This document shows positions 20,304-30,820 of a stretch of 64,000 bases of DNA, piece by piece (position 1 is the first letter of the stretch; each line of letters opens with the position of its first letter). The stretch is from Candidatus Hodarchaeota archaeon (GTDB taxonomy: Archaea; Asgardarchaeota; Lokiarchaeia; Sigyniarchaeales; SOKP01). The position numbers and the translations under genes are program-made. The DNA lies in contig JBHLJY010000002.1 in assembly GCA_048887225.1 (NCBI GenBank), positions 347,773-411,772 on the forward strand. Reading direction: 5' to 3'. Below the pieces are notes generated by a model. It saw only the letters and a program-made list of their open reading frames with translations, did not search any database and had not been told where the DNA came from.

Positions 20304-23300
20304 ATGTCCTTAGCAGAAGAAGAAGAGAAGATACTTGAATACTGGGATTCTATCAATATCATAAAATTAATAATTGAAGCGAAAAAACCTCTTGGCAGAT
20401 ATGAATTTACAGAAGGGCCGCCAACTGCTAATGGTTTACCAGGAGTCCATCACGTGTATGCTCGATCGATAAAGGACATCATTCTGCGTTTTAAATTTAT
20501 GGAGGGATATTGGGTTCCTAGAAAAGCGGGGTGGGACACTCACGGATTACCAGTAGAACTTGAAGTTGAGAAAGAGCTCGGGCTCAAAATTAAGAAAGAT
20601 ATACTTGATTATGGTATTGATAAATTTAACGATAAATGCCGTGAAAGTGTTTTTAGATATATAACTGAATGGGAAGATTTAACAAAAAGAATGGCTTTTT
20701 GGCTTGATATGGATAATCCTTATATCACTTGCGAAAACTATTTTATGGAGTCTATATGGTGGTCATTAAAAAATATGTTTGATAGGGATTTAATTTATAA
20801 AGGTAGAAAAGTAGTACCGTTTTGTCCTCGCTGTGAAACTCCTTTATCGTCTCACGAAATTGCCTTAGGATACGAAAATATTAAAGAGGAATCTATATAT
20901 ATTACCTTTAAACTGGTAGATCCTAAATTTGAGGGTGCAAAAATAGTTGCCTGGACCACAACTCCTTGGACTTTATTAAGCAATGTCGCTATTGCCGCTA
21001 ATCCAGATAGTCGTTATTCTCTTGTTGAATATAAAGGAGAGAGATTAATCATTGCCAGTTCTTTAATACATAACATTTTAGAAGAAGGTACTTACAAAAG
21101 AATAAGGGAATTCTTCGGTTCAGATCTATTATATGAAAAATATGAACCATTATTTCCATATTTTGAACATTTATCTGAGGAAAATGGATTTATTATAATA
21201 ACAGGAGATTTTGTTAATACCGATCCAACTTCGGATAATATCTCAACTGGATTTGTACATATTGCTCCTGCATTTGGAGAAGACGATTTTAATGTCGGGC
21301 AGGAATTTGAACTACCATTTGTTCAGCCAATAGATGAAAAAGGATATTTTGACGATTCTGTATTACCGCTAGCTGGTAAATATTTTAAAATTCATAGAGA
21401 GGATATTGGTAAAGAAGGTGTATGGGATACTGATAAATGGGTTGTTGATGAGTTAAAGAAAAAGGGAAAGTTATTTGCTACTAAGGATTACGCTCATGAT
21501 TATCCTTTTTGTTGGAGATGTAAACGAGCTTTATTATATTATGCAAGAGAATCATGGTTTATTGCGATGTCTCGATTTAGAGATGATTTATTAGAAACTA
21601 ATTCAAAAGTGAATTGGGTTCCTAAATCTGTTGGCGTGGGTCGTTTTGATAATTTTTTAGACAATGTTCGAGACTGGGCAATATCACGAGAAAGATTTTG
21701 GGGCACACCACTACCTATTTGGGTTTGTTCAAATGAAGAATGCGACAATATGTTAGCGATTGGATCTTATAATGAATTAAAGAATTTGTCTAAAGGGAAT
21801 ATAGTTCTAAAAGATTATCATAAACCAATGATTGATAATGTCATTATTCCTTGCCCCAAATGTAAAAGTGATATGAATCGAACTCCAGAAGTTATTGATG
21901 TTTGGTATGATTCTGGTGCAGCGCCTTTTGCTCAATATCATTATCCGTTTGAAAATAAAGAATTAGTAGAGAATAAAGAAACTTATCCCGTAGCTTTTGT
22001 TGCTGAAGGAATGGATCAAACAAGAGGTTGGTTTTATACATTACACGCAATAGCAACTGTAGTTTTTGGTCATAACGCATTTAATAATGTGGTTGTAAAT
22101 GGTATCGTACTTGATGGCGAAGGCCGAAAGATGAGTAAAAGTTTAGGTAATACTATTGATCCATGGACAATTTTTAATTTACAGGGATCAGATGCTTTAA
22201 GATGGCTCTATTTTGTTTCTGGCCCTCCTCATAAAGAAAAGCGTTTAAGTATAGATTATGTTAAATATGCTGTTTCTCAATTTATTGATAAATATTGGAA
22301 TTCATATCTATTATTTTCAAATAATTTAAAAAACTATCAAATAAAGCCAGACTTAGAATTTAAACCTCAAGAATTAAAAGATCCATTAGATAAATGGGCA
22401 ATTGCTACAATTAATTCCTTAGCTAAAGAAGTTAAAGAACTTCTTGATGATTACCTGATTTTTAAAGCAGCAGAGAAAATTCAAAATTTTATAAATAATC
22501 ATTTAAGTAATTGGTATTTAAGATTGGCAAGAAAAAGATTTCTTGATAAAGATCAGAATGTATATAATGTAGTATATTATATTTTTGATATATTAAATCG
22601 ATTGATAGCGCCGTTTGTACCGTTTTTATCAGAAAGAGTTTTTTTAGAAATGCAAGAAAATTATGAATATATGAAAAATATGAAATCTGTGCATTTAATG
22701 GATTTTCCAGTAGCAGTAGATAATTTAATTGATCAGAATGATTTACAAGAAATGGAATTTTTAATTAATTTAACTCAAGATTTACGTGCTTTAAGAGAGC
22801 AAGTGAAAATAAAAGTTAGACAACCAATAAAAGAATATCTATTATATTTTAAGGATAAAAAACAAGAAAACATTATTAAGAAATTTAATTCATTACTAAA
22901 ATCTGAACTCAATGTCAAAGAATTTGGTTTCATTAATCAAAAAAAGGCAAAATCGTTATATACTGAAGAACTAATTTTAAACAAAGGAACAATTGGAAAA
23001 GATTTCAAAGTCAATCGTGATGATGTAGAAAAGTATTTGAAATCAATGAATTTAGACGATCTTAAACAGAATATAATTAAAGGAAAATTTAAGGTAAAGA
23101 TCAAGAATAATGAATTTGAGATTATGAAAGAACACTTTCAAATAGTGCAAAAAGCTAAAGTTCCTTTTGGAGTAAAAGTTTCAAATTATGGTACAATATT
23201 AATTAATACAGAAATGAATAAGGAATTGCTAATTGAGGGTTTTGCTCGAGATTTCATTAGGAATGTTCAAAATATTCGAAAAAAATTAAATTTATCACGA

Positions 23301-23489
23301 TTTAAAGAAAAAATTATTATAAATGTTAAAAATGACATTGACCTCAAGAAAGAATTAGGAGATTTTATTGATATTGTGAAAGAAGAAACTGGTTGTGAAA
23401 AAATCGGTAAAACCAATAAAGGAACGCCATTTTCATTTGAAATACAAAGAAAAAAAATAAATCTTCTGATTGAAGTTATACAATCTTAA
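20304..23489 (+). CDS. ileS: isoleucine--tRNA ligase (IleRS type 2, GxHH motif); ATG at 20304 is more likely than TTG at 20274
   Basis: EGPPTANG, GWDTHGLPVE, WTTTPWTL, GFVHIAPAFG, DWAISRERFWG, DQTRGWF, KMSKS. Confidence 0.97.
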   Translation: MSLAEEEEKILEYWDSINIIKLIIEAKKPLGRYEFTEGPPTANGLPGVHHVYARSIKDIILRFKFMEGYWVPRKAGWDTHGLPVELEVEKELGLKIKKDILDYGIDKFNDKCRESVFRYITEWEDLTKRMAFWLDMDNPYITCENYFMESIWWSLKNMFDRDLIYKGRKVVPFCPRCETPLSSHEIALGYENIKEESIYITFKLVDPKFEGAKIVAWTTTPWTLLSNVAIAANPDSRYSLVEYKGERLIIASSLIHNILEEGTYKRIREFFGSDLLYEKYEPLFPYFEHLSEENGFIIITGDFVNTDPTSDNISTGFVHIAPAFGEDDFNVGQEFELPFVQPIDEKGYFDDSVLPLAGKYFKIHREDIGKEGVWDTDKWVVDELKKKGKLFATKDYAHDYPFCWRCKRALLYYARESWFIAMSRFRDDLLETNSKVNWVPKSVGVGRFDNFLDNVRDWAISRERFWGTPLPIWVCSNEECDNMLAIGSYNELKNLSKGNIVLKDYHKPMIDNVIIPCPKCKSDMNRTPEVIDVWYDSGAAPFAQYHYPFENKELVENKETYPVAFVAEGMDQTRGWFYTLHAIATVVFGHNAFNNVVVNGIVLDGEGRKMSKSLGNTIDPWTIFNLQGSDALRWLYFVSGPPHKEKRLSIDYVKYAVSQFIDKYWNSYLLFSNNLKNYQIKPDLEFKPQELKDPLDKWAIATINSLAKEVKELLDDYLIFKAAEKIQNFINNHLSNWYLRLARKRFLDKDQNVYNVVYYIFDILNRLIAPFVPFLSERVFLEMQENYEYMKNMKSVHLMDFPVAVDNLIDQNDLQEMEFLINLTQDLRALREQVKIKVRQPIKEYLLYFKDKKQENIIKKFNSLLKSELNVKEFGFINQKKAKSLYTEELILNKGTIGKDFKVNRDDVEKYLKSMNLDDLKQNIIKGKFKVKIKNNEFEIMKEHFQIVQKAKVPFGVKVSNYGTILINTEMNKELLIEGFARDFIRNVQNIRKKLNLSRFKEKIIINVKNDIDLKKELGDFIDIVKEETGCEKIGKTNKGTPFSFEIQRKKINLLIEVIQS

Positions 23490-23634
23490 TTTAAATCAAA
23501 TGGTTAAAAAAGAATGCTTTTTCATTACTACCTAGTGGAGGAAACAAGATGCATTGAGTTTGGAACTGAAAAAAATGGAAAAGAAGTTATTTTTAAGATT
23601 CTAGGTATAGAAAATAAACCTTTGTTGATCTATT

Positions 23635-24600
23635 ATGACCTATAACTTTTATGAGAAAACTGAGAAAAATCATCTTGATAATTTAGACGTAGATGTTAAA
23701 AAAATTTATGAAGAACATCCAATAAATTTTAAGGTAAATCCAAAACCAAATAAAACCGATTTTAATAAGAGCATATTTAATAAAATTTATCGAAATCAGT
23801 TGATTCCATTAAAGATTAGAAAATTTCTTTGGTATTATTTTAGAAAGAATTCTATTGATAACATTTGGCTTGATGAATTTAATAAGTATTGGACAAATAT
23901 CTTAAAAGGACTTTCACTTCCAACAATATATGATTTATTTTTTATAAAAAACATTTATAGACTTAAATTTCAATATAATTTAGTTCCTGATACTACTGAT
24001 CCTTATGTACATCTTGAGGCCTGGCAAAGACCAGAAGTTATTTATCAATTACTTCAGATGGTATGCAAATCAATTTTTCATAACGAATGTCAACTATTAA
24101 CTCTTTTAAAAAAAAATAATAAAGGATTTAAATCTTTTCTAGAATTTGGCTGTGCAACAGCACCTATAACAACAACCTTTTTTGAATTTTTTGGGAAACC
24201 AAAAAATATAAATATTTATATCTCAGATATCCAGACTCTTGCCTTTCACTACGCTTCTTATAGATATAGAAAATGCTCTAATGTAATACCAAAACTATTG
24301 AAACCTGAAAATGATTTTATGCTTGAAACGGACGAGAAATTTGATGCAATCTTTTGTATGACTGTATTTGAACATCTAAATAAACCATTGGAAATTATAA
24401 AAACTTTTGATAAATGTCTTAACGATCAAGGATTATTATTTTTTGATTACACAATAACATCTGGAGCTGGGCTTGATACTCTTCATGGATTTAGAGAACG
24501 AAATAATGTTTTGGATTATATAATTAATAATTTCAAGCTGATATATGGTAAAATATCAAAAGAGAAGGATATGAGTCTAACAATCGTTAAGAAAATATGA
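23635..24600 (+). CDS. class I SAM-dependent methyltransferase
   Basis: FLEFGCA, FDAIFCMTVFEH. Confidence 0.75.
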   Translation: MTYNFYEKTEKNHLDNLDVDVKKIYEEHPINFKVNPKPNKTDFNKSIFNKIYRNQLIPLKIRKFLWYYFRKNSIDNIWLDEFNKYWTNILKGLSLPTIYDLFFIKNIYRLKFQYNLVPDTTDPYVHLEAWQRPEVIYQLLQMVCKSIFHNECQLLTLLKKNNKGFKSFLEFGCATAPITTTFFEFFGKPKNINIYISDIQTLAFHYASYRYRKCSNVIPKLLKPENDFMLETDEKFDAIFCMTVFEHLNKPLEIIKTFDKCLNDQGLLFFDYTITSGAGLDTLHGFRERNNVLDYIINNFKLIYGKISKEKDMSLTIVKKI

Positions 24601-24635
24601 CAATATCTAATTTCACATCTATTAACTTGGTCTTT

Positions 24636-25676
24636 TCAAGTTTCTTTAAGTGTTTTTAACCAATATTCATACATATTTTTTAATATAACTTCAATAGGTT
24701 GGGTGATTTCAAATCCTAATTCACTTTTAATTTTTGCATTATCTCCTAATATCATATCTTCATCGGTTTTTCTAAGTTTTTTAGGAATGTTTTCAATAAC
24801 TTTTATTTTCTTTGAAGAAAAACTAATTATAATATTTAAAATATCTCGAATCTTAGATTTTCTCCCTGAACATACATTATATGTTTCTCCAGGCTTACCT
24901 TTCGTAGCTACTAACCATATCGCTTGAAGTGTATCTTTAATGCCAGTAATATCTCTAAAAGTATCTAAATTTCCTACTTCAATAATAGGTTCTGATATTC
25001 CCAATTCGATTTGAGCAATTTTAGAAACAAATTCGGAACAAGCATCATTTTGCTTACGTGGTCCTGTTTGATTAAAAAATCGAAGAATAATCCCTTCAAT
25101 TCCAAAGTTTAAAAAATATTGGCGAGCAAGAAGTTCAGATGCAATTTTACTAATCCCATAAGGATGAACCGCTAATAAGGGATCATCCTCCTTCAGTGGG
25201 CGATTTATCTCATTCGCAGTTGTGCCAAATTCAGCACTGGTGCAAGCTAATATAACTCGTGGTTTGAGTTTATATTTCTTGATAGGTTCAAAAATATTTA
25301 TTGTTCCAATAACGTTTGTTTCAATTGTATCAACTGGATCCTTCCAAGAAGGTAATATATAAGGTTGAGCCGCGAAATGAAAAATAAGTTCAGGTTTGAC
25401 TTCAGCAATAATCCTATCTAATAAATTCGCATTTTTTATATCACACTCAATAAATATTAAATTTTCATTATTGCTTGGTAATTGAATACGTTCTCCAAAG
25501 ATTATTAATTTATCTTCATTACTGAAATATTTTCTTCCCCTAGTATAATGTGTTAGATTTTTAAAGGAGGCGGAGGGACGGTCTAAAGCATATATCACGC
25601 ATTTTTTTTTTAGACAAAAATCGATTAAGTGAGATCCTAAAAACCCATTTGATCCAGTTATAATTATATTTTTCAA
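24636..25676 (-). CDS. GDP-sugar SDR (RMD/GDP-4-keto-6-deoxy-sugar reductase or dehydratase)
   Basis: TGSNGFLGSHL, HFAAQ, TSAEFG, PYGISK, FFNQTGP, GNLDTFRD. Confidence 0.85.
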   Translation of the reverse strand: MKNIIITGSNGFLGSHLIDFCLKKKCVIYALDRPSASFKNLTHYTRGRKYFSNEDKLIIFGERIQLPSNNENLIFIECDIKNANLLDRIIAEVKPELIFHFAAQPYILPSWKDPVDTIETNVIGTINIFEPIKKYKLKPRVILACTSAEFGTTANEINRPLKEDDPLLAVHPYGISKIASELLARQYFLNFGIEGIILRFFNQTGPRKQNDACSEFVSKIAQIELGISEPIIEVGNLDTFRDITGIKDTLQAIWLVATKGKPGETYNVCSGRKSKIRDILNIIISFSSKKIKVIENIPKKLRKTDEDMILGDNAKIKSELGFEITQPIEVILKNMYEYWLKTLKET

Positions 25677-25740
25677 TTTAATTTTCCATAATTTTTGTTT
25701 AAATAATTTAGAAGCTTCTGTTTGGGCTTCGTATATAAAT

Positions 25741-26952
25741 TTATCTCGCTAAAGAAGTTATTACTTTTTTAAATTTAGTATAAATATATTCTAAATCTTC
25801 TTCATTTAAATATTGATGACATCCAATATAGAATCCCCGATTACCGATATATTCTGCATTTGGCAACTTTCCTTCATATTGATTTTTTAAATAATTAAAA
25901 GCTAGCTGATGAGGTATATATCCAAATAAAGGTCTCGTTTCAACTCCTTCTTTTTCAAGACTATGTGTTAATTTATTAATAGATATTTTTGCATCTTTTA
26001 GCACAAGTGGATAAGCTAAATAACTAACATCCTCCGAATATTTTGGTATTTGTAGGATATCTGAAAATTCGTTTAGGTATTCATTTAACATTTTAACATT
26101 TTTTTGGCGACTCTTAATTATCTCATCTACTTCTTCTAATTGAGCCAAAGCAATAGCTGCTTGAAATTCCATAGTTTTAAAATTATATCCAATTAAATTA
26201 TGAGTAAATCTTGGATCAAATTCAGCATTATTATAAGGACATTTTCCTTGAGCACGAGTACAGATCTCACATACACACATTCTCCCATTAGATTTAATTT
26301 GTTTAATTAAATTTATTATCGCTTTATCATCAGAAACAACAGCTCCTAGCTGTCCTGCCTGAATATTATGTGCAATATAGAAAGAATATGCCGATAATAA
26401 TGAAAAAGTTCCGACTTTTTGACCTTTAAAAATTGTTCCATGAGCCTGCGCTGAATCTTCAAGTATTATAAGGCCATATTCGTTGGCTATTTTTATAATT
26501 TTATCCATCTCAACAGGATAACCAATTAAATGAACTGGTAAGATAATTGAATATTCTTCAGGATTCTTGATTCTTTTTAAATGCTCTTCAACAGCTTGGG
26601 GTGTTATACCAAAAGTATGGGGATCGATATCAACGAAAACTGGTGTAAATCTAGTTAAAACTATAGCATTTATGGTTGCTATATAAGTCAAAGGTGTAGT
26701 AATTATTTTTAAGTTTTCTTTAAGAGAGTGTTTATTTTTTATTGCTTCTAATCCTGCTATTAAAGCAGAAGTTCCTGAATTCAATGCTATTGCGTATTTA
26801 GTCCCAATAAACTCTGCCATTTTTTTTTCAAATAAACTTACTTTAGAGAACTCAGAGATTCTTTCGCTTTCTAAAACTTCTAAAAGATATTTTTTAATTT
26901 TTTCAGTAGTTTTAAACTCTCCCACGTGAATTCTTCTTATATTTTTCGACAT
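25741..26952 (-). CDS. DegT/DnrJ-fold PLP enzyme, E1(RfbH/AscC)/ColD-like C3-dehydratase
   Basis: NSGTSAL, EDSAQAHG, SFYIAH (His at the usual Schiff-base Lys position), GRMCVCEIC..C cluster, GYNFK. Confidence 0.8.
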   Translation of the reverse strand: MSKNIRRIHVGEFKTTEKIKKYLLEVLESERISEFSKVSLFEKKMAEFIGTKYAIALNSGTSALIAGLEAIKNKHSLKENLKIITTPLTYIATINAIVLTRFTPVFVDIDPHTFGITPQAVEEHLKRIKNPEEYSIILPVHLIGYPVEMDKIIKIANEYGLIILEDSAQAHGTIFKGQKVGTFSLLSAYSFYIAHNIQAGQLGAVVSDDKAIINLIKQIKSNGRMCVCEICTRAQGKCPYNNAEFDPRFTHNLIGYNFKTMEFQAAIALAQLEEVDEIIKSRQKNVKMLNEYLNEFSDILQIPKYSEDVSYLAYPLVLKDAKISINKLTHSLEKEGVETRPLFGYIPHQLAFNYLKNQYEGKLPNAEYIGNRGFYIGCHQYLNEEDLEYIYTKFKKVITSLAR

Positions 26953-27211
26953 TTCCGCAGCTTTATCTTTTTTAATTAGAATAACTAGATATTTAATTAA
27001 AATTATTTTGTTTCAAAATAATTTCATTAGAATTTTAAAAAAATATCTTATCACCAAACATTTCTAATTTTATCCTTTAAATTATCTCAATATTAAACCA
27101 TATGTTCCAGAGATTAATTAAATTCATAATTTTTAATTTAAATATATTTTTAATAATTATTACTAACAACTTGAATCGAATTTTAATAAAAGCCAATAAA
27201 AATTTTCAATT

Positions 27212-27928
27212 ATGTATGTTAGTTTTATTATTCCAACGTTAAATGAGCATGGTAATATAACCAGATTAATTAAAAGAATTAACTCAATTACTAAGAAAAA
27301 TAACATCAATAATGAAATAATAATTATTGATGATAATAGCACAGATGGAACGATAGATGATATTAAAAATTTACAAAAATCTCAAAAAAATCTTAAATTA
27401 ATAGTTAGAAAAAGAGCGTTAGGAATCGGAAGTGCACATATAGCAGGTTATAATATAGCTAAAGGTGACCTTATAATCTCGATGGATGCTGATCTCTCTC
27501 ATCCCCCTGAAAAAATCCCTGAACTTATCAAAGCAATCAAAAAAGGCTATGATATTTGTATTGGTTCAAGATATGTTAAAGGAGCAGGATCCGATAAACA
27601 TATGATTAATCAATTTATTAGTAAATTTGGAAGTTTTTTTCATTCTTTGATGTTTCGAATAAAAATTCGAGATTTCTCAAATGGTTATCGTGCAATTAAG
27701 AAAGATCTATGGGAAGAAATTAATAATTATAAATACACTCATAGAAATAATTTTTTAATTGAGAGCTTATATTATGCTTATTTACATGGCGCAAAAATTA
27801 CAGAAATTCCAGCATTCTTTAAAGAAAGAGAAATTGGAGAATCAAAAACACCCTTGGTTCAAGAAACTTTAAGAGGTCTAATTTTACCCTTTAAAATGAA
27901 ACTCAAATCTCGAAAAAAAAAGATATAA
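27212..27928 (+). CDS. GT2 dolichol/polyprenol-phosphate glycosyltransferase (DPM1-like)
   Basis: PTLNE, DDNSTDGT, MDADLSHPP, GSRY, FKEREIGESK. Confidence 0.9.
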   Translation: MYVSFIIPTLNEHGNITRLIKRINSITKKNNINNEIIIIDDNSTDGTIDDIKNLQKSQKNLKLIVRKRALGIGSAHIAGYNIAKGDLIISMDADLSHPPEKIPELIKAIKKGYDICIGSRYVKGAGSDKHMINQFISKFGSFFHSLMFRIKIRDFSNGYRAIKKDLWEEINNYKYTHRNNFLIESLYYAYLHGAKITEIPAFFKEREIGESKTPLVQETLRGLILPFKMKLKSRKKKI

Positions 27929-27938
27929 TAGTATAGTT

Positions 27939-29072
27939 TTATTTTAATAATCCTTTTTCTCTTAACTTATCCATTGCTAATTGGGACTTATCTTGAAATT
28001 TATCAATTTGAGGCTTAATCCATGTTATTAATTCATCAATTCCTTCCTTAAAATTGATTGTTGGATAATACCCTAATTTACTTTTAATTTTTGAAATGTC
28101 TGCCAGACAATGCCTTATATCTCCAATTCGATATTGCTGATTATAGATTGGTTTTAAGTTAGGATTAATTTTTTCTGTTATAATTTCTGCTACTTCTTTT
28201 ATTGTAATGGGCATTCCCGATCCAACATTAAATATTTCACCATTGGCAGCTTCTTTTTCGATTGCGAGGATTAAAGCTTGACAAATATCATTGACATTTA
28301 CGAAATCTCTTGATTGCAATCCATCTTCATATACAATTGCGGGCTTTCCTTGGAATAATCTTGTGCAAAAAATTGCACATACTCCTGTATAAGGATTGGA
28401 AAGCGCTTGTCTAGATCCATAAACTAAAAAAAATCGTAAAATTGTAGTATTTATACCATATGTATCTCCTATTAATAAACAGATTTGTTCTTGTGCTTGT
28501 TTAGAATAAGCATAAATAGAACTGGGATCCAAAGGCGCAGTCTCGTCTGTTAAAAGGGGATCAACTTTCATGCCACATATGTGGCATTTATTTTCCCAAT
28601 CTTTATCTTTCAATTGAGTTTTTGTTCTTAATTTAGGAAAGATAATTCCACATTTGGTACATTTAGATTTTCCTTCTCCATAAACAGTATTCGATGAAGC
28701 TATAACAAGCTTTTGGACATTATGCTCGCTATTAGCAATTATCTCAAGTAAATTAGCTGTACCAAGTATATTATGTTTAATATATTTCTTGATTTGATAC
28801 ATAGACTGTCCAACACCAACCATGGCAGCCAAATGGAAAATTATTTCATTGTCTTTAACTAATTCTTTCAATGTTTTGATATCTGTTATTGAGCCATGAA
28901 TGAACAAAGCATCCTTGTTTAGATAATCTGGTGGTTTATTAGTTTTTCCATGGACCTGCTCTTCTAAAATATCTATTACAGTTACTTGATGTCCCATTTC
29001 ATTAATCAGTTTATCAACTAAATGGGATCCTATAAATCCAGCACCACCTGTAACTAATATTTTTTTAGTCAT
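27939..29072 (-). CDS. NAD-dependent epimerase/dehydratase with CxxC...CxxC zinc-ribbon insert
   Basis: TGGAGFIGSH, VGVGQSMY, CTKC...CHIC, YAYSK, ALSNPYTGV, RIGDIRHC. Confidence 0.88.
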   Translation of the reverse strand: MTKKILVTGGAGFIGSHLVDKLINEMGHQVTVIDILEEQVHGKTNKPPDYLNKDALFIHGSITDIKTLKELVKDNEIIFHLAAMVGVGQSMYQIKKYIKHNILGTANLLEIIANSEHNVQKLVIASSNTVYGEGKSKCTKCGIIFPKLRTKTQLKDKDWENKCHICGMKVDPLLTDETAPLDPSSIYAYSKQAQEQICLLIGDTYGINTTILRFFLVYGSRQALSNPYTGVCAIFCTRLFQGKPAIVYEDGLQSRDFVNVNDICQALILAIEKEAANGEIFNVGSGMPITIKEVAEIITEKINPNLKPIYNQQYRIGDIRHCLADISKIKSKLGYYPTINFKEGIDELITWIKPQIDKFQDKSQLAMDKLREKGLLK

Positions 29073-29189
29073 GAACTAATTTATCATTTATAGTTTAATA
29101 TTAACTCATAATACTCAATTTTTATTAAAGAATCTTAATAAGTAATAAAATGAATATAATATATCTTTATTAGAAAAATTGGTGGTTAA

Positions 29190-30197
29190 GTGATAATTCG
29201 TTCAAAAGCACCGTTTCGGGTTAGTTTTGGAGGGGGTGGAACTGATATGGAACCATATTGCATTGAACATGGAGGGTGTGTCATAAACACTACGATTGAT
29301 CGTCATGTGTATATTACTTTAAAACCCAGGAAAGATAAAAAAATTCGTGTTTATTCTGTAAACTATGAAAAGGAGATGATTTTTAATATTGGAGATAAGG
29401 ATTATAGTGAAGAATTTGAAATTTTTAAAGGAATTGTAAATGTGCTTGGTGTTAAAGATGGTTTTGACATCACTGTTTTTTCAGAATTACCATCTGGGTC
29501 TGGAATGGGAGGCTCATCATCTTTAAGTGTCGCTTTAATTGGAGCTTTCAACAAATTTTACAAATTAAATCTTCCTATTCATGAGATTGCGAAGAAAGCT
29601 TATAATATTGAACGAATAGAATTAGGACAAAAAGGTGGCTATCAAGATCAATTCGCAGCGGCATATGGTGGTTTTAATTTTATTGAATTCACTAATGAAG
29701 TAAAAATTACACCAATTCAAACAAGCGTGGATATAATAAATGAATTACAATATAGGATAATTTTATGTTATGTTGGGGGGTCTCATTTTTCTTCTGATAT
29801 TCAAAAGAAAGTTCTTAAGGGGTATGAAATAGAAAAAAAGTCTTTCTTGGAAGCGATGCAGGATTTAAAAAATGTCGCTTACTCCATGAAGAATATTGTG
29901 GAATCTAAGGATATAAATAAACTTAATAAATTTGGAAAACTTCTCCATAAAGGCTGGTTAGCAAAAAAAAGTCTAAGTTCTAAAATATCTAATAAAAAAA
30001 TCGAAGATTTTTATTTAACTTCAAGAAAATTTGGAGTTCTTGGTGGAAAATTATTAGGCGCTGGAGGTGGAGGACATTTATTGCTTTTTTCTGAACCAAA
30101 TAAGAAATTTAGAGTAATCCATGAATTAGAAAAAAAAGGTGGCAAAATAATTAATTTTCACTTTTATCCAAAAGGTCTTGAAGTATGGGAAATATAA
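29190..30197 (+). CDS. hddA: D-glycero-alpha-D-manno-heptose-7-phosphate kinase (GHMP family)
   Basis: APFRVSFGGGGTD, PSGSGMGGSS, GGYQDQFAAAYGG, GGKLLGAGGGG. Confidence 0.88.
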   Translation: MIIRSKAPFRVSFGGGGTDMEPYCIEHGGCVINTTIDRHVYITLKPRKDKKIRVYSVNYEKEMIFNIGDKDYSEEFEIFKGIVNVLGVKDGFDITVFSELPSGSGMGGSSSLSVALIGAFNKFYKLNLPIHEIAKKAYNIERIELGQKGGYQDQFAAAYGGFNFIEFTNEVKITPIQTSVDIINELQYRIILCYVGGSHFSSDIQKKVLKGYEIEKKSFLEAMQDLKNVAYSMKNIVESKDINKLNKFGKLLHKGWLAKKSLSSKISNKKIEDFYLTSRKFGVLGGKLLGAGGGGHLLLFSEPNKKFRVIHELEKKGGKIINFHFYPKGLEVWEI

Positions 30198-30243
30198 AAT
30201 TAAATTCAAAAAATATAATTAAAAAAAAAATGGTAATATTACT

Positions 30244-30810
30244 ATGGAGAATGAGATAATATCAATATTGAATGAAAGCATTAGAATGAAAGAGAAAATT
30301 AAGGATTTAACTCCTCAGATTATTCAGATTTCTGAGGAGATCATAAATGCCTATAAGAATAAAAAGAAAGTTGTTCTTTTTGGAAATGGTGGAAGCGCCG
30401 CTGATGCTCAGCATATCGCTGCTGAATTTGTGGGAAAATTTTATAAAGATCGTGAATCCCTTCCTTCTTTAGCATTTAATACAAACACCTCAGTAGTTAC
30501 AGCTACTGCTAATGACTTTGGGTATGATTTAATTTTTGAGAGACAGGTAGCTTCATTTGTTGGAGAAGGCGACGTGGTAATTGGCATTAGTACTTCTGGA
30601 AATTCTCCTAATGTATTAAAAGGTATTAAAAAAGCAAAACAGAAAGGCGCTATTACTGTAGGCTTTACAGGTCAAAAAGAAAATAAACTTGAAAAGATGG
30701 TAGATTATTGTTTAAAAATACCCTCTACCGATACGCCCCGTATACAGGAAGGTCATATTACTGTGGGGCATATTATTTGCTATTTAGTTGAAAAAGAACT
30801 TTTTGGATAG
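30244..30810 (+). CDS. gmhA: phosphoheptose (sedoheptulose-7-phosphate) isomerase
   Basis: FGNGGSAADAQH, STSGNSPNV, TPRIQEGH. Confidence 0.95.
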   Translation: MENEIISILNESIRMKEKIKDLTPQIIQISEEIINAYKNKKKVVLFGNGGSAADAQHIAAEFVGKFYKDRESLPSLAFNTNTSVVTATANDFGYDLIFERQVASFVGEGDVVIGISTSGNSPNVLKGIKKAKQKGAITVGFTGQKENKLEKMVDYCLKIPSTDTPRIQEGHITVGHIICYLVEKELFG

Positions 30811-30820
30811 TCGAGTTTAT

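Noticed and set aside
23514-23645. 43-codon ATG ORF (MLFHYYLVEETRCIEFGTEKNGKEVIFKILG...) between ileS and the methyltransferase
   Set aside because: No recognisable motif or clear RBS. It may be a remnant and cannot be supported without a homology search.
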